Shown here: piece by piece, positions 29,997-38,984 of the stretch
Layout: every line of letters starts with the position of its first letter
How positions within the stretch are numbered: position 1 is the first letter of the stretch
Source: Lachnospiraceae bacterium
Lineage (GTDB): Bacteria; Bacillota; Clostridia; Lachnospirales; Lachnospiraceae
Direction of reading: 5' to 3'
Length of the DNA: 64,000 nt
Assembly (NCBI GenBank): GCA_016291655.1
Contig: JAEEYF010000089.1
Coordinates: 40,197-104,196 of the forward strand
The notes under the pieces: generated by a model
Database searches by the model: none
The model's input: the letters and a program-made list of their open reading frames with translations, nothing else
What the model was told of the DNA's origin: nothing
Position numbers and translations under genes: made by a program

Positions 29997-30635
29997 ATGG
30001 TAAGAGTATTGATAGTTGAAGACCAGAAAATGGCCAGAGACAGTATGGTGGGCTATGTGGAAAGCGGCAAGGACTATGTGCTTGCAGGTACCCTTAAAAA
30101 TGCCGGCTCAGCGGAGGTCTTTTGTGCGGGACATCCGGTGGATCTCATACTTATGGATGTCTGTACCGAGTATGATGAAAGCGGCCTTGATGCTACGGCG
30201 GTAATTAAAAAACGTTATCCCTCCATAAAGATCATAATTGTGACATCCATGGTGGAATGCAGTTTTTTGGACAGAGCACGGGAAGCGGGTGCTGACAGCT
30301 TCTGGTACAAGGAGACCGAGACGGAGGAGCTTCTGAACGTCATGGACAGAACGATGGCGGGAGAGAGTGTCTATCCCGAAAGGACGCCCGAGGTGAGACT
30401 CGGACTTACCACCAGCTATCATCTTACGGGAACGGAGCTTTTGGTCCTGAGAACGATAATGGAGAGCAGCAACTATCAGGAAGCGGCGGATAAGATCGGC
30501 TGTACGGAAAGAAACATAAGGTTTCATCTTAATAATATTCTGGACAAGACCGGATACAGAAATCGCTTTGAATTGTGCATGGCTGTATCACAGAAAAAAC
30601 TGATCATAGTCAACCCCGACAACGAATTGTTGTGA
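29997..30635 (+). CDS. Response regulator, NarL/FixJ (LuxR-HTH) family
   Basis: Receiver domain (IVEDQ...LILMDV...IIIVTS) plus a C-terminal LuxR-type HTH (LTGTELLVLRTIMESSNYQEAADKIGCTERNIRFHLNNILDK). Confidence 0.9.
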   Translation: MVRVLIVEDQKMARDSMVGYVESGKDYVLAGTLKNAGSAEVFCAGHPVDLILMDVCTEYDESGLDATAVIKKRYPSIKIIIVTSMVECSFLDRAREAGADSFWYKETETEELLNVMDRTMAGESVYPERTPEVRLGLTTSYHLTGTELLVLRTIMESSNYQEAADKIGCTERNIRFHLNNILDKTGYRNRFELCMAVSQKKLIIVNPDNELL

Positions 30636-30723
30636 AAATGATCAAAACTGTCAAATGTGACAGTTTCTTTTGAAGGGTTTTATGCCATAATATGTCTTGC
30701 ACCGAGACAAAGAGGAGGCATAT

Positions 30724-31296
30724 ATGGGCATTTTAAAAACCTTGTTTAAATCGCCCGTGCCCGTCGAAGAAAAGGGTGTGTCGGGTGGTTACACGGAAAA
30801 GAGAGCGGAAAGGATAGAGATCGCTTTCGCCGAGTTACCGAAGAATGTCAAAGAAATGAAAGAATTACCCGAAGCGACACTCGCAGATCCTTTTAAGACT
30901 GCGGCACTCACGGTTTGCGCATTCTGCGTTTATGTGTCCGATGCGGCAAAGGGCGTGGAAATGATCAACTATCTGAAAGGGCCTCAGGAGCTTTCGATCT
31001 ATGACAGGCAATTGATAAAGGATAATCTTGAAGGAAAGAGTTACCTGCCGTTTTCATATTTCAAGGGAGCTTTTCCGGAAAATGAGTATCAGCCGTCGAA
31101 ACCCTATATCATAGAGGTTCAATCCAATGCATACTCGTATAATGAAGACGGATATGCAAAGATGTATGTTCAATCGAGCGGATCGGATTCACTCAGATCC
31201 ATAACTTTAAGAAAAAAGGCTGAACAATGGTTCTTATGGGAACAGATGATTTTGGCTGACATAAGGAAGCCGCTATCTGCTGATCCTTGGGCATAA
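30724..31296 (+). CDS. Hypothetical cytoplasmic protein
   Basis: RBS GAGGAGG before the ATG at 30724; no recognisable domain. First gene of the SPFH operon. Confidence 0.5.
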   Translation: MGILKTLFKSPVPVEEKGVSGGYTEKRAERIEIAFAELPKNVKEMKELPEATLADPFKTAALTVCAFCVYVSDAAKGVEMINYLKGPQELSIYDRQLIKDNLEGKSYLPFSYFKGAFPENEYQPSKPYIIEVQSNAYSYNEDGYAKMYVQSSGSDSLRSITLRKKAEQWFLWEQMILADIRKPLSADPWA

Positions 31297-31331
31297 AAAA
31301 ACATATTTAAATCTGAAAGGAGATCTATATT

Positions 31332-32669
31332 ATGGGACTTATTTCTGCAGTAATTAATTCAGCGGGTTCGGTATTGGCCGATCAATGGAAGGAATTCTTC
31401 TATTGTGATTCTCTCGCTAAAGACGTGTTGGTGGTAAAGGGGCAGAAAAGAATAGGACCGAATTCCTCGAACGTAAAAGGAGCAGACAACATTATTTCCA
31501 ACGGCTCGGGTATTGCCGTAAATGAAGGACAATGCATGATCATTGTTGAACAGGGTAAGGTTGTTGAGATCTGTGCGGAACCCGGACAGTTCACGTGGGA
31601 TTCATCCTCTGAACCTTCGATCTTCTGCGGTTCGCTCGGAAAGAATATCATTAACACTTTCAAAACCATCGGTAAGCGTATTTCTTACGGTGGAGATACA
31701 GGTAAAGATCAGAGAGTTTACTACTTCAATACGAAGGAACTTATTGATAATAAATTTGGTACGGCTAATCCCGTTCCCTTCAGAGTTGTTGATTCCAAGA
31801 TCGGACTCGACATCGACGTATCACTTCGTTGCTCGGGCGTTTTCTCTTACAGGATCGCAGACCCCATTCTTTTCTACTCAAATGTTTGCGGTAACGTAAC
31901 AAGTGCTTACACACGTTCCGAGATCGATGCCCAGCTTAAAACGGAATTCATATCCGCTTTACAGCCCGCCTTGGGAAGACTTTCCGCACTGGAACTTCGT
32001 CCCAACCAGATCGTGGCACATACAACGGAACTTGAAAATGCGATCAATGACGCACTTTCGTCCAAGTGGGCAGAGCTCAGAGGACTTACGGTTGTTTCCG
32101 TAGCTCTCGGCTCCGTAACACTTCCCGATGAAGATGCCGAACTCATCAAGCAGGCTCAGCGTACCGCTATCATGAGAGATCCTACCATGGCAGCAGCTAC
32201 ACTTGTAGGAGCTCAGGCAGATGCTATGAAGGCAGCGGCTTCTAACAGTGCAGGCGCAATGACCGGATTTATGGGACTTGGTTTTGCACAGAACGCAGGT
32301 GGCGGCGGAATGAACGCTCAGAACCTCTTTGCTATGGGACAGCAGAATCAGCAGCAGGCAGCACCTCAGGCAGCAGCGGCAGCACCCGCAGCAGCTCCCG
32401 CAGGAAGCTGGACATGTAAGTGCGGAACCGTCGTAACAGGCAAGTTCTGTCCCGAGTGTGGAAGTCCCAAGCCCGCAGAAGAAGGCTGGACATGTAAGTG
32501 CGGTGCGGTAAACAAGGGCAAGTTCTGCCAGAACTGCGGCGCAAAGAAGCCCGCCGGAGCACCTCTTTACAGATGCGATAAGTGCGGTTGGGAACCCGAA
32601 GATCCCTACAACCCTCCGAAATTCTGTCCCGAATGCGGTGATATTTTTGATGACAACGATGTAAAATAG
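31332..32669 (+). CDS. SPFH/band-7 domain protein with three C-terminal zinc-ribbon repeats (COG4260, YdjI-like)
   Basis: N-terminal SPFH-like domain. Q/A-rich linker. Three WTCKCG/YRCDKCG ... CPECG zinc ribbons. Confidence 0.8.
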   Translation: MGLISAVINSAGSVLADQWKEFFYCDSLAKDVLVVKGQKRIGPNSSNVKGADNIISNGSGIAVNEGQCMIIVEQGKVVEICAEPGQFTWDSSSEPSIFCGSLGKNIINTFKTIGKRISYGGDTGKDQRVYYFNTKELIDNKFGTANPVPFRVVDSKIGLDIDVSLRCSGVFSYRIADPILFYSNVCGNVTSAYTRSEIDAQLKTEFISALQPALGRLSALELRPNQIVAHTTELENAINDALSSKWAELRGLTVVSVALGSVTLPDEDAELIKQAQRTAIMRDPTMAAATLVGAQADAMKAAASNSAGAMTGFMGLGFAQNAGGGGMNAQNLFAMGQQNQQQAAPQAAAAAPAAAPAGSWTCKCGTVVTGKFCPECGSPKPAEEGWTCKCGAVNKGKFCQNCGAKKPAGAPLYRCDKCGWEPEDPYNPPKFCPECGDIFDDNDVK

Positions 32670-32688
32670 ACGATCGGAGGCGCTTTAT

Positions 32689-33459
32689 ATGGGATTATTT
32701 GACAAGAAGATATGCAGTATATGTAACAAAAAGATCGGAATTCTCGATCTAATAGGAAGCAGAAAGCTTGAAGACGGTTACCTTTGCAAGGATTGCGCAA
32801 AACGCCTCTCACCATGGTTCAGCGACAACCGTAAATCTACGGTTGAAGAGATCAGAGAACAGCTTTCATACCGTGAACTCAACAAGGAAGAGGTTGAAAG
32901 CTTTAATGCTACACGTACTATTGGCCAGAAATACAAGGTTATGATCGATGACAGATCAAACAAATTCCTTGTTACAAAAGAGTCAAAATGGCGTGAAGAA
33001 AATCCGGATGTATTGAAGTTTTCCCAGGTTACCGGTTGTGACATTGACATCAAGGAGAGCAAGGATGAGATGTATGACCGTGACAAGGACGGCAATCAGG
33101 TAAGCTTCAATCCGCCCCAGTTCAGCTACAAGTACAGTTTTGGTATTGTAATACATGTAAACCACAAGTACTTCAGTGAAATGAAGTTTGACGTTAATAA
33201 TACACTCATTGTTGAGAAAGTTGTCATGAAGCCCGGCTTCGATCCGAAGAAGAGGGAGCATGAGAATGATTATCTGGAGTGCAAAAAAATTGCGGAAGAC
33301 ATTAAGGCGGCAATTCTCGGGATCCATGAGGAAGCAAGAAATGCGGAAGAGGAAGCAGAGAAGCCGAAGGCAGCTCTTGTATGTCCGTTCTGCGGAGCCA
33401 CCACTGTTCCTGACGCTGCAGGAAACTGCGAATACTGTGGTGCCTGCATAGTGAGATAA
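32689..33459 (+). CDS. Hypothetical protein with N- and C-terminal zinc ribbons
   Basis: CSICNKK...CKDCAKR at the N-terminus. CPFCGA...CEYCGACI at the C-terminus. Operonic with the SPFH protein. Confidence 0.6.
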   Translation: MGLFDKKICSICNKKIGILDLIGSRKLEDGYLCKDCAKRLSPWFSDNRKSTVEEIREQLSYRELNKEEVESFNATRTIGQKYKVMIDDRSNKFLVTKESKWREENPDVLKFSQVTGCDIDIKESKDEMYDRDKDGNQVSFNPPQFSYKYSFGIVIHVNHKYFSEMKFDVNNTLIVEKVVMKPGFDPKKREHENDYLECKKIAEDIKAAILGIHEEARNAEEEAEKPKAALVCPFCGATTVPDAAGNCEYCGACIVR

Positions 33460-33490
33460 AAGTTAAGTTATGATTTAGTGGAGGAAAGAT

Positions 33491-33922
33491 ATGGCGAATG
33501 ATTTTTTGAATGATCTTTTGGGCAGCCTGGATGATGAAAATGTGGGTGACAGCATTGAAAAGACAATTACAAGTGCTATCGGGGCAAAAGTCAAAACCTC
33601 GCTTTCATCCTCGAAAGACAGAGTAAAAACCGATCTCGGTTCGTCAAAGAACAGAGTAAAGACCGATCTTTCCTCCGCCTCCGCTAAAGTGAAGACCACC
33701 TCCGGCGGAATGAAGCTTTCGGGAAGATCCGCATCTTTCAAAACCGGAGTCAGGAATGCTGTGAATACGATGATGAACGGCGTGGGAGAAAGCGACAATG
33801 TCGGACAGACTATTGAAGACAATATAATGTCTGCTTTTACAAATAAGTTTAAGTCCGAAAAAGACGACGAAAACGCTTCCGATCTGACAGAACTTAAGGA
33901 TCTGACGGATCTGTTCAAGTAA
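33491..33922 (+). CDS. Hypothetical low-complexity protein with tandem KxRVKTDL(G/S)SS repeats
   Basis: Repeats SSSKDRVKTDLGSSKNRVKTDLSSASAKVKTTSGG. Acidic termini. Followed by a terminator at about 33994-34037. Confidence 0.5.
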   Translation: MANDFLNDLLGSLDDENVGDSIEKTITSAIGAKVKTSLSSSKDRVKTDLGSSKNRVKTDLSSASAKVKTTSGGMKLSGRSASFKTGVRNAVNTMMNGVGESDNVGQTIEDNIMSAFTNKFKSEKDDENASDLTELKDLTDLFK

Positions 33923-33993
33923 AACAGGATTTTAAAAAAATTAAATCGCGATATAATGTATAGGCTTTCAATAAAAGGAGGCCATACAATATC

Positions 33994-34037
33994 ATATGCA
34001 AAAGGGAAGGATCAAGCCCAAGGGATCCTTCCTCTTT
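33994..34037 (+). terminator. Intrinsic terminator ending the SPFH operon
   Basis: gggaaggatc...gatccttcc followed by tctttgctttttt. Confidence 0.65.
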
Positions 34038-34182
34038 GCTTTTTTGGGGAAAAACTGCACCTTGTGACAAACATTAGGTTACCTAATAAACTCTACAAAA
34101 ACTTCTTGATTTAAAAGCGGTTTATGTTATAATGCTGATGAGAAAAGGGCGATGTTCAACGCCCGCAGATCAGGAGGGTATA

Positions 34183-35061
34183 ATGAGACCGTTTATCGTA
34201 TCTACAGATTCTACAGCAGACATTCCGGAGGATTATTTAAAAGAACATGGTGTACAGCTCCATCCGCTTCATTATATTGTTGATGGAGTGGAGTACGGCG
34301 CGGAACTTCCCGGGGGTGAGATACCTATAGTAAAATTTTATGAAATGATCGAAGCGGGAACGATCGCTACTACCAATGCCACCAACATGGGTTACGATAT
34401 TGAATTGTTTGAAAAGGCCGCAAAAGAGGGAGTTGATGTTCTCCACATCAGCTTTGCGGCATATATGAGTGCAAGCTACAATAATGCGAAGGTGGCTGCC
34501 GATCAGGTCATGGAGGAGCATCCCGAGTGCAGGATAGTGGTGATCGATTCCAAAAAGGGATCCGGGGGCACAAATCTTCTGGTAAGAAAAGCGGTGGAAA
34601 TGAAGGAGGCGGGAAAAGACTTTGATGAGACCGCAAAGTGGGTGGAAGAGGCTGTCAAAAGAACACAGGTTTACTTTTCCGTACCCAGTCTTATGAGCCT
34701 TTTTCGCGGCGGAAGACTTAAAAAATCGGCAGCCATACTCGGTACTATCCTTAAGATACAGCCCACTCTTTATATAGATGAAAAGGGAGCTTTGACTCTT
34801 CTGAACAAGGTCAGAGGAAGAAGAGCAGCAATGGATTTCCTGTGTGAAACCTTAAGACCGCTGATGGAAAGAGGGACCTTGCCCGATGAGATTGCCATCG
34901 AACACGGAAATTGTCTTGAAGATGCGGAGTTTTTGGGAGCAATGGCTGAGGACAGATTTGGCATTGAAAAAATCCATTACAATTTTCTTTGTCCGACTCT
35001 CGGAAGTCATACGGGACAGGGAATTTTAACCTTTAGCTTTATAGAAAAAGAGAAATCTTGA
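34183..35061 (+). CDS. DegV family fatty-acid-binding protein
   Basis: DegV/EDD fold motifs (IVSTDSTADIP, VIDSKKGSGG). RBS CAGGAGGG before the ATG at 34183. Confidence 0.85.
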   Translation: MRPFIVSTDSTADIPEDYLKEHGVQLHPLHYIVDGVEYGAELPGGEIPIVKFYEMIEAGTIATTNATNMGYDIELFEKAAKEGVDVLHISFAAYMSASYNNAKVAADQVMEEHPECRIVVIDSKKGSGGTNLLVRKAVEMKEAGKDFDETAKWVEEAVKRTQVYFSVPSLMSLFRGGRLKKSAAILGTILKIQPTLYIDEKGALTLLNKVRGRRAAMDFLCETLRPLMERGTLPDEIAIEHGNCLEDAEFLGAMAEDRFGIEKIHYNFLCPTLGSHTGQGILTFSFIEKEKS

Positions 35062-35118
35062 GGCAAAGACAAATATATGTTATAATCCCTTCATCTTGTT
35101 TGATCGGGGTGAAATGCT

Positions 35119-36252
35119 ATGACGACAGAGAAATGGGTTTTGGATGCACTTGAAAAGATCAGAAAAAAGTTAGAGATTACATCCGAAAAGAATAAGGATA
35201 AGATTCCTTACAAAACTGATGAAAACGGAGATTATGACGATAATTCAGACATAAGGGACGACGGGAGCGGCCTTGACTGGTGGACAAACGGCTTCTGGGG
35301 CGGTACCCTTTGGAGAATGTATGAAGACACGGGCAAAGAAAGATATGCTGAAATAGCAAGGATTTCAGAAGAAAAACTTAAATCCTGTTTTGATAATTTC
35401 TACGGCCTTAATCATGATGTTGGCTTCATGTATATGCTTACAGCCGGTGTGGATTACAGACTGACAGGCAACAAAGATTCCCTTAAGACGGTTCTTCGCG
35501 CAGCCAATCTTCTTGCGGGACGTTTCAATCCCGTGGGAGGTTATATCCGTGCATGGAACGATATGTGGGGAAACAACGTAGGCTGGGCGATAATAGATTG
35601 CATGATGAATCTTTCGCTTTTGTATTATGCTTCGGAGATCACTCATGATCCGAGGTTTGCAAATGTGGCAAGATTGCATGCAAATACGGTTATCGACTGC
35701 TTTGTGCGAAAAGACGGTTCCTGCTGCCATATAGTTGAATTTGATCCCGATACGGGAAAGAGGATAAAGTCTCTCGGAGGACAGGGCTTTGGCACCGGGT
35801 CTTCCTGGACAAGAGGACAGGCTTGGGGCTTGTACGGTTTTATGATCAGCTACATTCATACCGGAGACAAGCGCTACCTTGATACAGCTGTCAGGATCGC
35901 CGATTACTGTCTTGCAAATATTCCGGACAACGGAATTATTCCCATCGACTTCCGTCAGCCTGCCGAACCTGCATTGGAGGACTCCTGCGGAGCCTGCATT
36001 ATGGCCGGAGGCTATCTGGAACTTGCACGTGAGCTTGGAGAAAAGGGTAAGGTTTACCTTGACGCAGGAAAGAAGATACTTAAGGCTATAGCGGAAACAA
36101 GGTGTGATTATTCTCTTGACTGCGATGCCTTTGTGCAAAACTGTTCGGTGGCATATCATTCGAATGACCATCATATAACCATGAACTATGCGGATTATTT
36201 CTTTATAGAAGCCCTGCATAAGCTGGCGGATATAGGAAGTTTTTACTGGTAG
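35119..36252 (+). CDS. Unsaturated glycuronyl hydrolase family protein (GH88/GH105-like alpha6/alpha6 barrel)
   Basis: 377 aa with the WxNGFWGG, DxxNxG and GQAWGLYG motifs typical of GH88/GH105. Confidence 0.7.
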   Translation: MTTEKWVLDALEKIRKKLEITSEKNKDKIPYKTDENGDYDDNSDIRDDGSGLDWWTNGFWGGTLWRMYEDTGKERYAEIARISEEKLKSCFDNFYGLNHDVGFMYMLTAGVDYRLTGNKDSLKTVLRAANLLAGRFNPVGGYIRAWNDMWGNNVGWAIIDCMMNLSLLYYASEITHDPRFANVARLHANTVIDCFVRKDGSCCHIVEFDPDTGKRIKSLGGQGFGTGSSWTRGQAWGLYGFMISYIHTGDKRYLDTAVRIADYCLANIPDNGIIPIDFRQPAEPALEDSCGACIMAGGYLELARELGEKGKVYLDAGKKILKAIAETRCDYSLDCDAFVQNCSVAYHSNDHHITMNYADYFFIEALHKLADIGSFYW

Positions 36253-36262
36253 ACAAAAAAAT

Positions 36263-36305
36263 GAGAAATCAAATCAGCATTTGATTTCTCGTTTTTTTTT
36301 TTTTT
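36263..36305. terminator. Bidirectional intrinsic terminator between GH88 and the WYL regulator
   Basis: gagaaatcaaat-cagc-atttgatttctc followed by T15. Confidence 0.8.
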
Positions 36306-37341
36306 AATACTTTTCGTATGCTTGTTTAAAGTCCTGTTTAAGGGTGTTCACAAGGCTTTCCGGAGAAAGGATGGTCACTTCCTTTACAAATTGGGTAGCC
36401 CATAATCTCATGGCTTGCAGGCTGGAAATGAGTGAGACCGTAACCTCGTCCTCCGTTTCTTCCGTAAAGGTCATTTCGGGTTCAAACCAGTCAAAGAGTT
36501 CGGAAAGAAGAGATTTTTTCATCCTGAACCTGACTCTTTCCGCCTTGTCCGAAAACATGAATACATGCTCGGACATATGCTTGGCCAGGGAGAAGTTGTC
36601 ACTGTAGCCGTCGATCTCGGAAGCGGGACGACTGTCTTCTTCCAGGATCTTAATGTTTGTGATCCTGTCTATCCTGAAATGGGAAAGACCGTTTCCGAAC
36701 CAGTCATTGTTGCATATAACGTAATAACGGTTGTTTGTGGCGGCAATACGATAGGGGCTTACGGTGAAGCGCCGGATCTTTCCGTTTCGTGTTATCCTCT
36801 TGTGCAGCTTTTTATCCGTATGGTATTCAAGATAGTTAAAATCTATGCGCTTACGATTGGCTATCGCCTCATCGATCATTTCTATATTATAGAAAAGCTC
36901 CTTACCTGCGGATTCTTCGCCCGAAACCGTGAGAATGTTTTTCGCTCCGGTTTTGAAATACTTGCTTGAAAGGTTTTCAAGCTTGCCTATGAGCTCACGA
37001 CGTTGGCTGACGGGTATGTTTCGGGAGAAAAGTATACCGTCGATAAGAAGGTGCAGCTCAGCATCCGTAAAATCGTGGATCATGCTGAAATCAGTCCATT
37101 GGATGTTTTCCTCGTTCTCCTCCGCGGAGGCTCTGGGGATCTCGCGATAAGCGATGTCATAGGGGGAGTCCACAAGACCTTCCAGATATTTTTTGACCGA
37201 TTTTCTGTCTGCGGTGATATCATAGTTTTTCTTCAGAAGATCCGAGACTTCTTTTTGAGTCAGGGTGTGGTTTTCATCCGTGTATCTTTTAAGGATCTCA
37301 AGGATATACAATATGACCATTTTCTTTTGAACGTCTGCCAT
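36304..37341 (-). CDS. WYL-domain transcriptional regulator (wHTH plus WYL plus C-terminal extension)
   Basis: N-terminal wHTH (VILYILEILKRYTDENHTLTQKEVSDLL). WYL core (RYYVICNNDWFGNGLSHFRIDRITNIKIL). Confidence 0.8.
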   Translation of the reverse strand: MADVQKKMVILYILEILKRYTDENHTLTQKEVSDLLKKNYDITADRKSVKKYLEGLVDSPYDIAYREIPRASAEENEENIQWTDFSMIHDFTDAELHLLIDGILFSRNIPVSQRRELIGKLENLSSKYFKTGAKNILTVSGEESAGKELFYNIEMIDEAIANRKRIDFNYLEYHTDKKLHKRITRNGKIRRFTVSPYRIAATNNRYYVICNNDWFGNGLSHFRIDRITNIKILEEDSRPASEIDGYSDNFSLAKHMSEHVFMFSDKAERVRFRMKKSLLSELFDWFEPEMTFTEETEDEVTVSLISSLQAMRLWATQFVKEVTILSPESLVNTLKQDFKQAYEKY

Positions 37342-37435
37342 GTAGCCCTCCTATTATATGTTCCATTAGTAAAAAGAATAGCACAAACGCAAACGAAGTG
37401 CTACAATAATTGTCTTGAAGATGTATAATTGCGAA

Positions 37436-37600
37436 TCATCATTACTGTTCACAGATGTGTCGGTGATAAGCCGTTTTTGAAAATGTATTTTCAAAAACAG
37501 CTTAATACCGACATATTCTGCTTCGCAGAATACCATGATCAAACCGCGGTTTGATCATGGCGTGAACAGTAATGTCGTACATATATATCTGTGAACACCG
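37436..37600. repeat. Palindrome-rich structured region: 13-bp outer inverted repeat (cattactgttcac / gtgaacagtaatg) enclosing three perfect palindromes
   Basis: tttttgaaaatgtattttcaaaaa (37474-37497). attctgcttcgcagaat (37514-37530). catgatcaaaccgcggtttgatcatg (37534-37559). An additional tgttcacag/ctgtgaaca pair. Confidence 0.6.
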
Positions 37601-37720
37601 TACTTTTACACTTGTTCCCCATTTTACGCCCTCGCTACACGAGCAATGGAGCGAAGCGGATTGCGAGTGCATGACAATGGGGCATTCGCAGGTACCATAT
37701 AATCTCAGAAAGGTAAAACC

Positions 37721-38905
37721 ATGGATTACAGAAAAGAATCGTTAAAAAAACATGCCGAATGGAAGGGAAAGATCGAGACCGCATGTCGCGTCCCGGTGGA
37801 TTCCAGGGATGCTCTTTCACTTGCCTATACACCCGGTGTTGCAGAGCCCTGTCTGGCTATCAAAGAGGACATTAACAAGAGCTTCGAGCTCACAAGAAGA
37901 TGGAATACGGTTCCGGTCATCACAGACGGAACAGCGATCCTCGGACTCGGAGATATAGGACCGGAAGCCGGCATGCCCGTTATGGAAGGGAAGGCCGCAC
38001 TCTTCAAGGCATACGGAGATGTGGACGCCTATCCTCTCTGCATCCGTTCAAAGGATACGGAAGAAATCATCAGGACGATAGAATTGATGGCCGGCTCATG
38101 GGGCGGAATAAACCTTGAAGATATCTCCGGACCCAGATGCTTCGAAATAGAGACAAGGTTAAAGCAGGATCTGGACATTCCTGTTTTTCATGACGATCAG
38201 CACGGAACCGCGATCGTAATGACAGCGGCTCTCATAAATGCGTTAAAGCTTGCGGGTAAGAAGAAGGAAGAGATCAAGGTTGTGATCAACGGAGCGGGAG
38301 CTGCGGGCATAGCCATAGCAAGGTTCCTTCTTAACGTATACGGGATCAAAGATGTTATCCTTTGTGACAGATACGGTATCCTCTATGAAGGAAATTCGGA
38401 GATGAATCCGGTTCAGGCGGAGATGGCAAAGGTAACCAACAGAGGAATGCTCAAGGGAAGTCTTGCGGATGCAATGAAGGGGGCCGATGTTTTCATCGGT
38501 GTTTCAGCTCCTCATGTTGTTACAAAGGATATGGTCGGCTCCATGAACGACAAGGCTATCGTTTTCACCTGTGCAAATCCGGTTCCCGAGATCGAGAGAG
38601 AAGATGCCCTTGAAGCAGGCGCCTTTATAGTGGGAACAGGTTCATCCACAAAGCCTAACCAGATCAACAATGTTCTCGTATTCCCAGGCTTGTTCCGCGG
38701 AGCACTGGATGTTCGTGCCAATACTGTAAACTTTGAAATGATGATGGCTGCCTCCGAAGGTATTGCCGCCTATGTGGGCGACAGTCTTTCCACGGAACAC
38801 ATCCTTCCCTTTGCCTATGACAAGGGAGCGCATGAAGCGGTTGCAAAGGCGGTGGCTGAGGCTGCGATCAGAACAGGAGTGTCAAAACTGTATAATCAGC
38901 ATTAA
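37721..38905 (+). CDS. maeA: NAD(P)-dependent malic enzyme (short bacterial form)
   Basis: Malic enzyme N-terminal and NAD-binding domains (AYTPGVA, GAGAAGIAI). Confidence 0.9.
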   Translation: MDYRKESLKKHAEWKGKIETACRVPVDSRDALSLAYTPGVAEPCLAIKEDINKSFELTRRWNTVPVITDGTAILGLGDIGPEAGMPVMEGKAALFKAYGDVDAYPLCIRSKDTEEIIRTIELMAGSWGGINLEDISGPRCFEIETRLKQDLDIPVFHDDQHGTAIVMTAALINALKLAGKKKEEIKVVINGAGAAGIAIARFLLNVYGIKDVILCDRYGILYEGNSEMNPVQAEMAKVTNRGMLKGSLADAMKGADVFIGVSAPHVVTKDMVGSMNDKAIVFTCANPVPEIEREDALEAGAFIVGTGSSTKPNQINNVLVFPGLFRGALDVRANTVNFEMMMAASEGIAAYVGDSLSTEHILPFAYDKGAHEAVAKAVAEAAIRTGVSKLYNQH

Positions 38906-38984
38906 GGACGCATACATAGCGAACCCTTGTCGAATAAATAACAATGTGTTAAAATCAGTCATTGGTGAAAGCCAATGACTTTTT

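Noticed and set aside
33960-34060. Mini-ORF MQKGRIKPKGSFLFAFLGKNCTL after an AAAGGAGG motif
   Set aside because: The spacing between the SD-like motif and the ATG is 14 nt. The region is better explained as the terminator hairpin of the SPFH operon.
35365-36219. 284-aa minus-strand ORF
   Set aside because: It is antisense to the GH88/GH105-like gene. It is Cys- and His-rich in a pattern typical of reverse-strand translation of a real gene.
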